In this document: one piece after another, positions 42,935-52,290 of the stretch | How positions within the stretch are numbered: the stretch's first letter is position 1 | Layout of the letters: every line of letters starts with the position of its first letter | NCBI GenBank assembly: GCA_963749915.1 | Contig: CAVVOP010000022.1 | Span: 192,001 to 256,000, forward strand | Length of the DNA: 64,000 nt | From: an uncultured cyanobacterium | GTDB taxonomy: Bacteria > Cyanobacteriota > Cyanobacteriia > Cyanobacteriales > Cyanobacteriaceae | Direction of reading: 5' to 3' | Program-made: the position numbers and the translations under genes | The notes under the pieces: model-generated | Told to the model about the DNA's origin: nothing | Databases searched by the model: none | Seen by the model: the letters and a program-made list of their open reading frames with translations, nothing else

Positions 42935-43176
42935 ACTTTCAGGACTTACGCAAGAGAAAAAAAAGAAATAGCTATAACCCTTGTCAGTAGGTTTAAAGGC
43001 AAGACAGCGATCGTTATAACCTTCCATTGAGATTAGTTAATGGTAAAATTAAGGAGAAAATAGTTTTCTAATCTGATTTTAGAATATCTTTTATTTATTG
43101 TGTTAGACGGCGTTAAAAAGTTCGATGACAAACTATTATCTAATTAATTTTGAAATCGGCGAACGGGGCGTAATCA

Positions 43177-43974
43177 CTAATTATTGATCGCTTCTCTGAG
43201 ACTATGACATAATATTGCTAAATCTTTTAAGCCTTCTTCGGGGCTAGTGTTAGCTAATTTTTTGACAAAGGCACTACCAACAATTACGCCATCTGCCCCC
43301 CATTGTTTCATCTGTATTGCTTGAGAAGGTTCAGAAATGCCAAAACCAACTCCTATGGGTTTATCGGTGACGGTTTTTAACTTACTGATTAAATCTTCAA
43401 CTCGACTTTCTACCTGCAATCGCATCCCAGTAACACCAGTAACACTAACTAAATAGATAAAACCTTGAGATTTTTCAGCAATATGTTGAATTCTATCCAA
43501 GGGTGAAGTTGGTGCAACTAATAAAGTAACCTCTATACCGCATTTTTCGGCAATTTGTAAGAAAGTTTCCGCCTCCTCTAAAGGTAAATCGGGAACAACT
43601 AAACCCTTAACCCCTACATTAGCAATAGTTTTCATGAAATTTTCTACTCCCCGATAAAAAATAGGATTGTAGTAAGTAAATAAAATAATGGGAATAGTAA
43701 TTTCATCTTGAAGGTTTTTGACAATCTCAAGAACATCATTTAAACAGACACCATTTTTTAAAGCACGAGTAGCCGCTGCTTGAATTACAGGGCCATCGGC
43801 AAGAGGATCAGAATAAGGCACACCTAATTCAATCATATCTGCACCATTTTGAGCCAAAATTTTGATAGCTTTAACGGTGGTTTCTAAATCAGGATCTCCC
43901 GCGGTTATAAAAGGAATTAAAGCACATTTATTTTCTTTTTTTAGTTGTTCAAAACACTGAGAAATTGAGGTCAT
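43177..43974 (-). CDS. trpA: Tryptophan synthase alpha subunit
   Basis: [25 protein letters not shown] and GVIVGSA motifs. Confidence 0.97.
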   Translation of the reverse strand: MTSISQCFEQLKKENKCALIPFITAGDPDLETTVKAIKILAQNGADMIELGVPYSDPLADGPVIQAAATRALKNGVCLNDVLEIVKNLQDEITIPIILFTYYNPIFYRGVENFMKTIANVGVKGLVVPDLPLEEAETFLQIAEKCGIEVTLLVAPTSPLDRIQHIAEKSQGFIYLVSVTGVTGMRLQVESRVEDLISKLKTVTDKPIGVGFGISEPSQAIQMKQWGADGVIVGSAFVKKLANTSPEEGLKDLAILCHSLREAINN

Positions 43975-44077
43975 TTGTTATGAATAAATATATAAACTTA
44001 ATAAATTAGTAATCGTTAGTAAAATTGACAATTAATCATGATTCTTATCTCCTAATCTTCTAGTCTCCTAGTCTCTA

Positions 44078-44368
44078 TTACTCTTTTTCTGCCATTAATT
44101 TTTCGATTTCTTCGGGGGACATTTTCTCTAATTGTTTAGCAAAAAAAGCGTCTTCATAGTCTTTAACTTGTTTATGATAAGTCATGTCATTAGTGAAAAC
44201 TCGGAATAAATAAGTTAATATCCAACCGATTAAACCTAATACTAAAATTCCTTGACTCCAAATGCCAGCTTGAGCAGAATCAACTCCTAAAAATTGAAAA
44301 ACAACATAAGCTAAACCGCCTAAGGAAAACACCCCTAAAGCGATTAAAATAGCATCTATTCTTCTCAT
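44078..44368 (-). CDS. DUF3007 family protein
   Basis: MRRIDAI, AGIWSQ and YLFRV..MTY motifs; sits between ndhL and trpA as is common in cyanobacteria. Confidence 0.85.
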   Translation of the reverse strand: MRRIDAILIALGVFSLGGLAYVVFQFLGVDSAQAGIWSQGILVLGLIGWILTYLFRVFTNDMTYHKQVKDYEDAFFAKQLEKMSPEEIEKLMAEKE

Positions 44369-44411
44369 GATTAAATCCTAATTTATTTTCTTCTTATTTA
44401 TGCTTTTTTTC

Positions 44412-44663
44412 CTAGGTTAATTCTCGGCGACGAGGGCGAAAATTTAAAAATGGACTTAATAATATCATCCCGGGAAAAGAAAAGAATACCATAAAGTACA
44501 TAAATCCTCTTTCAACGGAACTCGCCACATACCATCTTTGGTTGAGGTAAAAATAAACCCCTGCAGGAAGTATTAATAAATATAAACCACTGAGACTTAA
44601 ATATAAAATAGCGGTGATAATGGTTTCTAAGTCAATATTTTCGATGTTTAATAAGTTTTCCAT
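44412..44663 (-). CDS. ndhL: NAD(P)H-quinone oxidoreductase (NDH-1) subunit L
   Basis: YLNQRWYVASSVER.FMYF.VFF.FPGMILLSPFLNFRP. Confidence 0.94.
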   Translation of the reverse strand: MENLLNIENIDLETIITAILYLSLSGLYLLILPAGVYFYLNQRWYVASSVERGFMYFMVFFSFPGMILLSPFLNFRPRRRELT

Positions 44664-44724
44664 AATTGCTGATTTTGTTCTAACTTTTTTCTGCTTTTTT
44701 AGATTGCTATATAGTTACTATATC

Positions 44725-45153
44725 TTGACATTCGCCCACCGTTAACCCTATGGGTGTAACGGGGGATTCTTACTTCATCCACTCAACTTATCAATCTAGC
44801 ATCATTGGTACTTTTAGCTAAACAATGATTCTTAACCATATCAGCCACTCTTAAATTCTCATAGGCCACGACATCATTAGATGACACTACGCACCGAGCT
44901 AATTTTACTAGCCAGTCTTTACGCTGACGAGAGACTAAAAGATGCTTTCTGCCTAATCGATTAATTGCTTTTTTGCGATTATTACTACCTTTTTTCTTTT
45001 TACTTACTTGTCTTTGAAGCCTTTTTAACCCCTTCTCTAAGATTATTATAGATTAAAGGGAATTACTTTAGCAATGTTTTCTTTACAGGTCAAATTTGAT
45101 CCCCCGTTAAAAGGTTGTGCATCTTGAGTTTTTAACGAGGGGATTCATTCGAC
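44725..45153 (-). mobile_element. Internally deleted IS200/IS605-family element (non-autonomous)
   Basis: Right end is GAAT-hairpin-TCAA (44725-44769). A related hairpin lies at 45099-45145, with a tnpB fragment between them. The left boundary is approximate. Confidence 0.8.
44783..45037 (-). pseudogene. tnpB: tnpB internal fragment (RNA-guided nuclease remnant)
   Basis: Hand translation EKGLKRLQRQVSKKKKGSNNRKKAINRLGRKHLLVSRQRKDWLVKLARCVVSSNDVVAYENLRVADMVKNHCLAKS. No start codon; RuvC-I, zinc finger and RuvC-III are missing. Confidence 0.88.
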
Positions 45154-45334
45154 ATCCAAAGATAATTCCGGAAGAGCCAAACTTAATTTGAGAGAAAAAA
45201 TGTATAATTATGAATCTCAAAATAGGAACATTTATAATTAAGGGTCAGTCTGTTTGTTCATAATAGCAGTCAAACTGATTGTTAGTTATTCATTGCTATA
45301 ACTGTGACTTTTACTTTAAAAAATAAAATAATTT

Positions 45335-46600
45335 TTGATGAATAAATTAAATAACTATAAAACAAATAACTATAAAACTACCACTGCTTTATTCCTTAGT
45401 CTTACTTTTGGGGTTGGTGCGACTCTGCCTATAACCACATCTTTCCTTCATCCTCCGGCGGTAATGGCTCAAAATGCCCAATTTAACGATGTTTCTCCTG
45501 ATTATTGGGCGGCAAATTTTATCAATCCTTTGGTACAAAAAGGCATTATTGCTGGTTTTCCTGATGGTACTTTTAAACCCGATGCACCTGTAACAAGAGC
45601 TCAATTTGCAGCGATGGTGCAAAAAGCCTTGCCGAAAAATCAAGTAAGACCTCCTATTAATTTTAATGATGTAGCAAGTAATTATTGGGCCAATAATGCC
45701 ATTAGAAAAGCTTATCGTATGGGTTTTCTTTCGGGTTATCCAGGACAAATTTTTCGTCCTGAACAAAATATTCCCCGGGAGCAAGTCTTGGTATCATTGG
45801 CTAATGGATTGAATTATAATCCTAATCAAGATGTTAATAGTATTCTTAATTTCTTTAATGATTCCAGTAGCATCTCTGATTTTGCCCGTTCTCCAATAGC
45901 CGCCGCCACCGAAAGAAATTTAGTGGTTAATCATCCCACTTTACGGCAATTAAACCCTCTTAGTAATGCGACTAGGGCGGAAGTTGCTGCTTTCATTTAT
46001 CAGGCTTTGGTTTCTCAAGGACAGTTACAAGCTATTAACTCGAATTATATTGTTGCCTTGACGCCGACGGTTACAAGTTATAGCCTTGCCAAGGGTACAC
46101 AAATCCCTGTTACCCATGAGGAAGATTCAATTTTATTAACGAGGAATGAAATTGTGCCTCTAACTCTAACGGTTACAGCTAATATGCGCAATAATAGGGT
46201 CATAATTATCCCCCGTGACAGTAAAATTATAGGGGAGTTGCGTCCTGTGGCTAATGGTACAAGGTTTTTTGCCCAAACATTACAATTAAGTAACGGTCAA
46301 ACTTATAACATAAGTGCTTCTTCTCAAGTTATCACTGAAACTACCAGTGTTTCTAAAGGTATGAATGTAGGAAATTTATTGAAAAATGCCGCCTTAGGTA
46401 CGGCAGCAGCGGCGGCTATTGCCGCAATTACAGGAGATCGAGCGATCGCTACTGAAGAATTATTAATGGGTACAGGGGCGGGTATTTTAGCCACATTAAT
46501 TCCCCAATTTTTAGGATTAAATAAGGTGGATTTATTAGTAGTAAGACCCAGCAGTAATTTAGATCTAATTTTGGATGAGGATTTCGTAATTAACAATTAA
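45335..46600 (+). CDS. S-layer homology (SLH) domain protein
   Basis: Signal peptide and three SLH repeats (FNDV..YWA, GFPDGTFKP..TRAQFA, ATRAEVAA). Confidence 0.9.
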   Translation: MMNKLNNYKTNNYKTTTALFLSLTFGVGATLPITTSFLHPPAVMAQNAQFNDVSPDYWAANFINPLVQKGIIAGFPDGTFKPDAPVTRAQFAAMVQKALPKNQVRPPINFNDVASNYWANNAIRKAYRMGFLSGYPGQIFRPEQNIPREQVLVSLANGLNYNPNQDVNSILNFFNDSSSISDFARSPIAAATERNLVVNHPTLRQLNPLSNATRAEVAAFIYQALVSQGQLQAINSNYIVALTPTVTSYSLAKGTQIPVTHEEDSILLTRNEIVPLTLTVTANMRNNRVIIIPRDSKIIGELRPVANGTRFFAQTLQLSNGQTYNISASSQVITETTSVSKGMNVGNLLKNAALGTAAAAAIAAITGDRAIATEELLMGTGAGILATLIPQFLGLNKVDLLVVRPSSNLDLILDEDFVINN

Positions 46601-46673
46601 CAATTGTAATAAGTAATAAGCCAGTAATATATAACTTCAGATTTTGAGTCCAAAATCTTACTATGAAAGAAAC

Positions 46674-47477
46674 TCACATTCTCAAATCTTGTTTATTGCC
46701 TAGAGTATAATTATTATTTTGAATTAATTTTTCCAGGCGTTTAACTCTTTTTTCTGGTTGGGGATGACTAACAAAAAAATCGGTGACATTATCTTGTTTA
46801 TTTTCATTAATTAAACGTTGAAAAAAATCGGTCGCCCCTGCTACATGACCATAATATTGATTTAATAAATTTAACCCAAATTCATCGGCTTTAATTTCTT
46901 GGGCTTGAGAATATTGTGCATTAGCTAATATATTGGCGAAATCTGCACCTGATTGAAGAATTTCAACACCACCGAAAATATAATTAATCACTATTTTGAA
47001 TAGCAAAATATTACCTAAACTTCTCAGATGATCCCTATGGGCAAAATGTCCTATTTCATGACCTAAAATCATCACTAACTCATTTTCTGATTTTACTTCT
47101 TTTAATAACCCTTCGTAGATAATAATCATATCCCCCGGAACTGCTAAAGCATTAACAGTATCTTCAGGAATATATAAAACCTGATAATCTCTTTTATAGG
47201 CACTATTTTCTGGTAATAATTCCTCTAATTTCTCGACTATTTCATTTAATTTTACTTCTGTTGATGATGGGTTACTTTTATGTTTAAATTCCTCAGTAAT
47301 TAAAGCTCCTATTTTTTGTTCTACACTCACAGGAATAAAGTTAACTATCTGATTAATTAATACAAATAATCCGAATAAAATAGATATTCCTACTCCTCCA
47401 AATAAGACTAATAATATTAATAATTGTCGATTATTAGTTTCGGGATTTCGATCGCTAATGGGTGAAGAATAAGGCAT
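46674..47477 (-). CDS. M48 family metallopeptidase
   Basis: N-terminal TM helix, NALAVPG, HEIGH, E..AD and SHP..R motifs. Confidence 0.92.
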   Translation of the reverse strand: MPYSSPISDRNPETNNRQLLILLVLFGGVGISILFGLFVLINQIVNFIPVSVEQKIGALITEEFKHKSNPSSTEVKLNEIVEKLEELLPENSAYKRDYQVLYIPEDTVNALAVPGDMIIIYEGLLKEVKSENELVMILGHEIGHFAHRDHLRSLGNILLFKIVINYIFGGVEILQSGADFANILANAQYSQAQEIKADEFGLNLLNQYYGHVAGATDFFQRLINENKQDNVTDFFVSHPQPEKRVKRLEKLIQNNNYTLGNKQDLRM

Positions 47478-47505
47478 TAAATTAATTAATAAAAATTTAT
47501 TTTAC

Positions 47506-48207
47506 TTAGCTTTTAACAGGACGAAAAGGATTGAGAAAATTAAGCAAAGAATACAAATTGCGGGATTGTAACCACAATTTACCATTGCCACTAAAACGAC
47601 AAACTAAACCTTCTCCCCCGAAAATTCCCGTGCGTAAACTACGAAAAGATAAACCACCGATCATTTCCACATTATAATTAAGGGTATCCTCAAAGGCAAC
47701 GATATAACCGGTATCGACAATATAATTTCCCCTAACATCAATTTCAAGAATAGCACCATAGGAACTAAACCAAAAATCGCCGATTCCTGTGGCTTTTAAT
47801 AAGAATAGAGATTCACCACTAAAAAACCCTTTAAAACCTTGAAATTTAGTGTCAATTTCGATAGTAGGACTACAGGCAACAAAACCAGAAGATTGCACCA
47901 TTAAACCACAATTTTTGGTTAAATAATAATGTTTAATATCTCCGGGAACACCGGGAGATATATATAATTCTCCAGAAGTTTTTTTGGCCGTAAATTCGCT
48001 TAAAAATAAAGATTCACCCCCAAACATTCTCCCAATACTCTTACCCAAACCACCACGCATTTTTGACTTCATTTCGATACCAGAATCCATCGCCGCCATA
48101 CCCCCTGCTTCAACGATTACTGTTTGATTTGGTTCAAGCTCCAAAATCAAAAAACCATAGGCAGGATTATGCTCAACACGATATTTTATTGCCGATTTAT
48201 TAAACAT
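47506..48207 (-). CDS. AIM24/TIGR00266 family protein (paralog 3)
   Basis: EAGGM, GGESLF, YIVDTGYIVAF, GGEGLVCRF and QSRN motifs. Confidence 0.9.
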   Translation of the reverse strand: MFNKSAIKYRVEHNPAYGFLILELEPNQTVIVEAGGMAAMDSGIEMKSKMRGGLGKSIGRMFGGESLFLSEFTAKKTSGELYISPGVPGDIKHYYLTKNCGLMVQSSGFVACSPTIEIDTKFQGFKGFFSGESLFLLKATGIGDFWFSSYGAILEIDVRGNYIVDTGYIVAFEDTLNYNVEMIGGLSFRSLRTGIFGGEGLVCRFSGNGKLWLQSRNLYSLLNFLNPFRPVKS

Positions 48208-48253
48208 AATGAATAATGAATAATGGATATTTAATATTTGGTTTTTAAATATT

Positions 48254-48281
48254 TTACTTATTACTTATTACTTATTACTTA
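48254..48281. repeat. Heptamer tandem repeat (TTACTTA)x4
   Basis: Directly visible; a second short heptamer repeat (ATAATGA) lies at about 48206-48225. Confidence 0.85.
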
Positions 48282-48959
48282 TTATCGTGGTGGCAATTGT
48301 GAACCAATTAAACTGCCAAAATGACCTGGATTATGGGTTTGACAAAAGACTTTTCCTCGTCCATAAAAACGACAAACTAAACCTTCTCCTCCTAAAAATG
48401 AGCCTAGCCAACTATTCCCAGCTTTACCAATTTTAAAGTCTAAGGTTTTTTCAAAAGCGACAATATGCCCTGTGTCAACAATATATTCTCCATCGACATC
48501 TATTTCGTAAATACCGCCGAAGGAGCTTAAAATTACGGGGCCATAACCTGTAATACTTAACCAAAAAACGGATTCTCCTGAAAAGAGGGATTTTAAACCC
48601 TGAAATCCCAAGTCTATATCGATGCCAGAGGCACAGGCTAAATAAGAACCTGATTGAACTATTAATTCATTACCTAGCATTTCATAAACGAGGATATCAC
48701 CGATGAAACGAGGTGCTAAAAAAATTTCTCCATTAGGTTGATAACAGCGAAAAACACTCAGAAACAGTGATTCTCCAGCCATCATTCTTTTTAACCCTCC
48801 GAGTACACCCCCTCCCTTTCCTTGCCTTAGGGTGGTGCTAACATTGATAAAATCGCTCACGGCAACCATTGTTCCCGCTTCAGCTATTAATTCTTCTTGG
48901 GCGTTCATGGTTATTTTGGCGATGGCACTATCTGGCTGTTGTAAAATTTGTATATCCAT
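48282..48959 (-). CDS. AIM24/TIGR00266 family protein (paralog 2)
   Basis: AEAGTM, AGESLF, YIVDTGHIVAF and GGEGLVCRF motifs. Confidence 0.9.
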   Translation of the reverse strand: MDIQILQQPDSAIAKITMNAQEELIAEAGTMVAVSDFINVSTTLRQGKGGGVLGGLKRMMAGESLFLSVFRCYQPNGEIFLAPRFIGDILVYEMLGNELIVQSGSYLACASGIDIDLGFQGLKSLFSGESVFWLSITGYGPVILSSFGGIYEIDVDGEYIVDTGHIVAFEKTLDFKIGKAGNSWLGSFLGGEGLVCRFYGRGKVFCQTHNPGHFGSLIGSQLPPR

Positions 48960-48962
48960 AAA

Positions 48963-49625
48963 TTACCGCACCTTGGGACGTAAAAAACCGACTAAACCAC
49001 TGACACTACGAGATTGAATGTAAATAGTGCCTTTACCTTTCAATTTATTGACAAAACCCTCACCGGAAGTGAGAGACGATAACAAGCCACCAGATAAACC
49101 TACACTCATTTTAATATTTGAATCATATCCGACAAGGTGACTACTATCGACAATAAACTCGCCGTTAATTTCTTTATGGGTGATACCGCCATAACTACCA
49201 AATAAAACCCTACCTTTACCGCCAAATTGTAGTTTAAATAAACCCTCTCCAGCAAACCAACTAGCAAAACCGGCCCATTTAACCCCCATTTTAGCACCTC
49301 CTGCATGGGCAATATATGTTCCGGCTTCTAAACAAATGCTTTTACCTTCTAATTTTAGGGCTTCAATATCCCCAATCACCGATTGAGTTAAAACAAGATT
49401 TAATGGACGATTAGTTTTATTGTGAAATACATTAACGAATAAAGATTCTCCGCCGAAAAATTTGCGCATCAAGGCGGGAATTAAACCACCAGAAAATTCT
49501 GTTGTCATCACAATATCAGCGTCCATGCTAACCATAGCACCAGCCTCTGCCGTAATTTTCTCTCTGGGTTCTAAAGTGACAAAAATAGCGGCAAAAGCAG
49601 GACGGTAGCGGATGTTATATTTCAT
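48963..49625 (-). CDS. AIM24/TIGR00266 family protein (paralog 1)
   Basis: AEAGAM, GGESLF, FIVDSSHLV, SGEG and QSRS motifs. Confidence 0.9.
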   Translation of the reverse strand: MKYNIRYRPAFAAIFVTLEPREKITAEAGAMVSMDADIVMTTEFSGGLIPALMRKFFGGESLFVNVFHNKTNRPLNLVLTQSVIGDIEALKLEGKSICLEAGTYIAHAGGAKMGVKWAGFASWFAGEGLFKLQFGGKGRVLFGSYGGITHKEINGEFIVDSSHLVGYDSNIKMSVGLSGGLLSSLTSGEGFVNKLKGKGTIYIQSRSVSGLVGFLRPKVR

Positions 49626-49761
49626 GATTCAAACAATGACTATCATATCATTGTTCCCATTTTAGTTTATTTATTTTGATGAAGAAATTAAAAAATTATT
49701 AAGTAAGATAATAATAAAAATTTTTCGTTAATTAAGAAGCAATAATTTTGGGCAATATTTA

Positions 49762-51483
49762 TTATTTTTTAACAGCGGAAGGTTTACCCCAAATAACCGT
49801 TTCTCTGGTATAAATTACCATGCCAGGTTTAGCACCTTTTGGTTTATATACATAGCTGGGTTTAGTATAAATTACTGGCACTTGATCACTTTCTCTACCC
49901 TGACTATAATAGGCAGCTAAATTAGCGGTAAATTGTAAATCTTGATCCTCTGGTGCATCTCCAGCACTTAATCTTAGTAAGACATGGGAGCCCGAAATTT
50001 CCTGTGCATGAAACCATATATCATAATCCGTAGCGGTGCGAAAAGTTAATATATCATTTTGACGATTATTTCGTCCCACCAAAACTTCATAACCGCAGGG
50101 GGTTTGATAGTGTCGAGGATTCGATTCTTCTACAATATTATTAACTCGATATTGGCTATCTTCGATATATTTTTGACTAATTAATTCGGTTTTGATTTCC
50201 TGCAAAGTGGTTAAATCTTCCGTTTCTTGATAGTCTAATTGATTTAAAATTGTGGCTATTTGTTGTAAATAATTAATTTCGGATTCCACTTCTTCCAATA
50301 AAGGCTGAACCATTAATTTTGCTCGTTTTAATTTCTGATTTTGCTTATATAAATTTTGGGCATTTTGAATCATATTTTTATTCGGTGCCAGGTCAATTTT
50401 TACTGCTTTATTCGTGGTAAAGTCATTTAATATTATTTCTTTCATTCCCGCTTTCCATTCATGTAAGTGGGCCATTAATAAATCGGCTTTATTACTGTAA
50501 ATTTCGCAGTTATCGGAATCGTTTAATTTATCTTTATATTTATCTTTTTTGATTATTAGTTTATTTAAAATATTCTTGATTTTTTGCTGTATTTTTTGTT
50601 TTGATTGTCTAAAATTTTCACGATAAATTTGATTATTATAATAATTATTTATAATTTTATGTAAGTCTTTATTATTAATATTTTCATCTAAAACCGTATA
50701 ACCTTTATCAGTTTCTCGACAATTAAAAGTTTTATTTTCAATAGTTATTAACCAATGTTGCCAATTTTTATATAAATTTTGCCATTCTTCAGATGTTAAT
50801 TCTTGATTCGATTTTTCTCCTAAAATTTGCGATCGAGTTAATAAGTCTTGTAGGATGATGGAGCTAACTCCTCGATAAGTTTTGATTAATTGTTTATCAA
50901 TTCTACCTGGAATTAAACTTACTTTTTCCTGCCATTTTTTAAAAGATTCCGTTAGTTTTGGGGTCTCTCCTGGCAATGCAGGAGGTAGTTGATAGAATTG
51001 GCTAGTTTCTACTGTGCGCAAACTGGATTTATCGGCGGTGACTTGCTTGGCAACGGTAATAATTTGATTCTCGGCAGAGGTAAGAATCACATTGCTATAT
51101 TTACCCATTATTTCTATATATAAATGATGTAAAGGTTGTTCATTTGGGCGTTTTGCAAATTCAAAATCTACTACCCTCTCCCAATCTGCCACAATTTTTA
51201 CCCCAATTAAAGCATAACCGTTAATGAGATGTCGTAATTGCTCACTAAAAGTAAAGGTATCTTTGCCCCGAGGAGGAGGATTCCCAATGCAAATTCTAGC
51301 GGCTTGGGGATGCCATGATACCGTTAACCAAGCTTTATGATTCAGACTGCGCAGACAAAAACTGATAGTGTAGCGATCAATTTGATATATTTGTTCCAAC
51401 CTAGAAGGAATATAGTTATTATTTAATGAGTCACAGATAGCTACAAGGGTTGTATAGTCAACAGGTTGCATGGGAATTAACAA
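49762..51483 (-). CDS. rqcH: NFACT/Rqc2 (RqcH, fibronectin-binding A-like) ribosome quality-control protein
   Basis: EIMGKYSNVIL, VGRNNRQND, WFHAQ..GSHV and KPKGAKPGMVIY motifs. Confidence 0.85.
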   Translation of the reverse strand: MLIPMQPVDYTTLVAICDSLNNNYIPSRLEQIYQIDRYTISFCLRSLNHKAWLTVSWHPQAARICIGNPPPRGKDTFTFSEQLRHLINGYALIGVKIVADWERVVDFEFAKRPNEQPLHHLYIEIMGKYSNVILTSAENQIITVAKQVTADKSSLRTVETSQFYQLPPALPGETPKLTESFKKWQEKVSLIPGRIDKQLIKTYRGVSSIILQDLLTRSQILGEKSNQELTSEEWQNLYKNWQHWLITIENKTFNCRETDKGYTVLDENINNKDLHKIINNYYNNQIYRENFRQSKQKIQQKIKNILNKLIIKKDKYKDKLNDSDNCEIYSNKADLLMAHLHEWKAGMKEIILNDFTTNKAVKIDLAPNKNMIQNAQNLYKQNQKLKRAKLMVQPLLEEVESEINYLQQIATILNQLDYQETEDLTTLQEIKTELISQKYIEDSQYRVNNIVEESNPRHYQTPCGYEVLVGRNNRQNDILTFRTATDYDIWFHAQEISGSHVLLRLSAGDAPEDQDLQFTANLAAYYSQGRESDQVPVIYTKPSYVYKPKGAKPGMVIYTRETVIWGKPSAVKK

Positions 51484-51735
51484 TTAACAGTGAACAATAA
51501 ATTAACTATCAACTGTGAACTGTCAACTGTCAACTATTAAGTACTTGTATGTAAATATATTCTGATGATTTATCGGTAACCCAATACTGATACTGTTGGT
51601 CAACTTAAACCAGAAGATAGAGGCTCTTATTGGAAAAGAACCGCGCACATTTCTTAGTTGCACATCGCGTTTTCATCGATTATAATCATAGGCTAATCAA
51701 TATATTGATATAAATATCATGTGAGGATAAAAAAA

Positions 51736-52290
51736 ATGAATGAAAAATTGAACAGCATACAAAAGTTTATGGGTTCAACTCTTGGAGCCTTGGTACTAGC
51801 TACTGGAACCTTAGGACTATCTGTTAGCAGCACTCAAGCCCAAGTAGAAATAATGGAAGAAGATGTAGTAGTGGAAGAAATTCCTTCAGACCAACTTGAA
51901 GCACTAATTGCCGTGGCAAAAATGGCAGAAGGACAAAGAACTTATTATAAAAAGAACGGTAAGTTCCTCGATGAAGTAAGTGAACTTCAGAAGTTGTTTG
52001 AAATTGAATTGCCATCTAGCTTCAATTATGCAGTTCGCACGACTGATGAGGCAGCCTATAACTACGTCATTCCCAAGGATAATTCTTCCCTTAAAGCCTT
52101 TGTTGGGTCCACCTTTCTAGCACCCGATGGCAGTGGCGAACTGACTACTATTATCTGTCTAAATAAACAGGCAGGACAAGATCGTCTTTCCGATCCTCAT
52201 TTTGTGAGAAATCCTCTGAATCCTCAACAGTTTGGTTTGCAATGTGGAGAGGACTCAGTCCTAGTACCAGCCTCTAAGCTTACTGAATAA
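51736..52290 (+). CDS. Secreted protein with type IV pilin-like G/H domain
   Basis: Sec signal ending TQA|Q; GQRTYY..G.F..L..YNY..LKAFVG..IIC..C pattern; GAGGA before the ATG at 51736. Confidence 0.7.
   Translation: MNEKLNSIQKFMGSTLGALVLATGTLGLSVSSTQAQVEIMEEDVVVEEIPSDQLEALIAVAKMAEGQRTYYKKNGKFLDEVSELQKLFEIELPSSFNYAVRTTDEAAYNYVIPKDNSSLKAFVGSTFLAPDGSGELTTIICLNKQAGQDRLSDPHFVRNPLNPQQFGLQCGEDSVLVPASKLTE

Larger units (their letters stand above)
40680..43174. mobile_element. Non-autonomous TIR-bounded element carrying an integron cassette
   Basis: Left end ATTACACCTCGTTCACCGATTTCAAAATTAGTTAG (40680-40714). Reverse complement of the right end (43140-43174) is ATTACGCCCCGTTCGCCGATTTCAAAATTAATTAG. 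The two are 31/35 identical, with TA at 40682-40683 and 43171-43172, and no transposase inside. Confidence 0.72.

Noticed and set aside
42877..42936. N-terminal 20-codon extension of the DUF262 ORF given in the track
   Set aside because: It crosses the cassette boundary at 42905. The TTG at 42876 has an RBS and gives a typical MKANE start.
51478..51540. Degenerate heptamer repeats (AACTGTC/AACAATT) here and at other gene ends
   Set aside because: Ordinary cyanobacterial STRR-type intergenic repeats; nothing distinctive.
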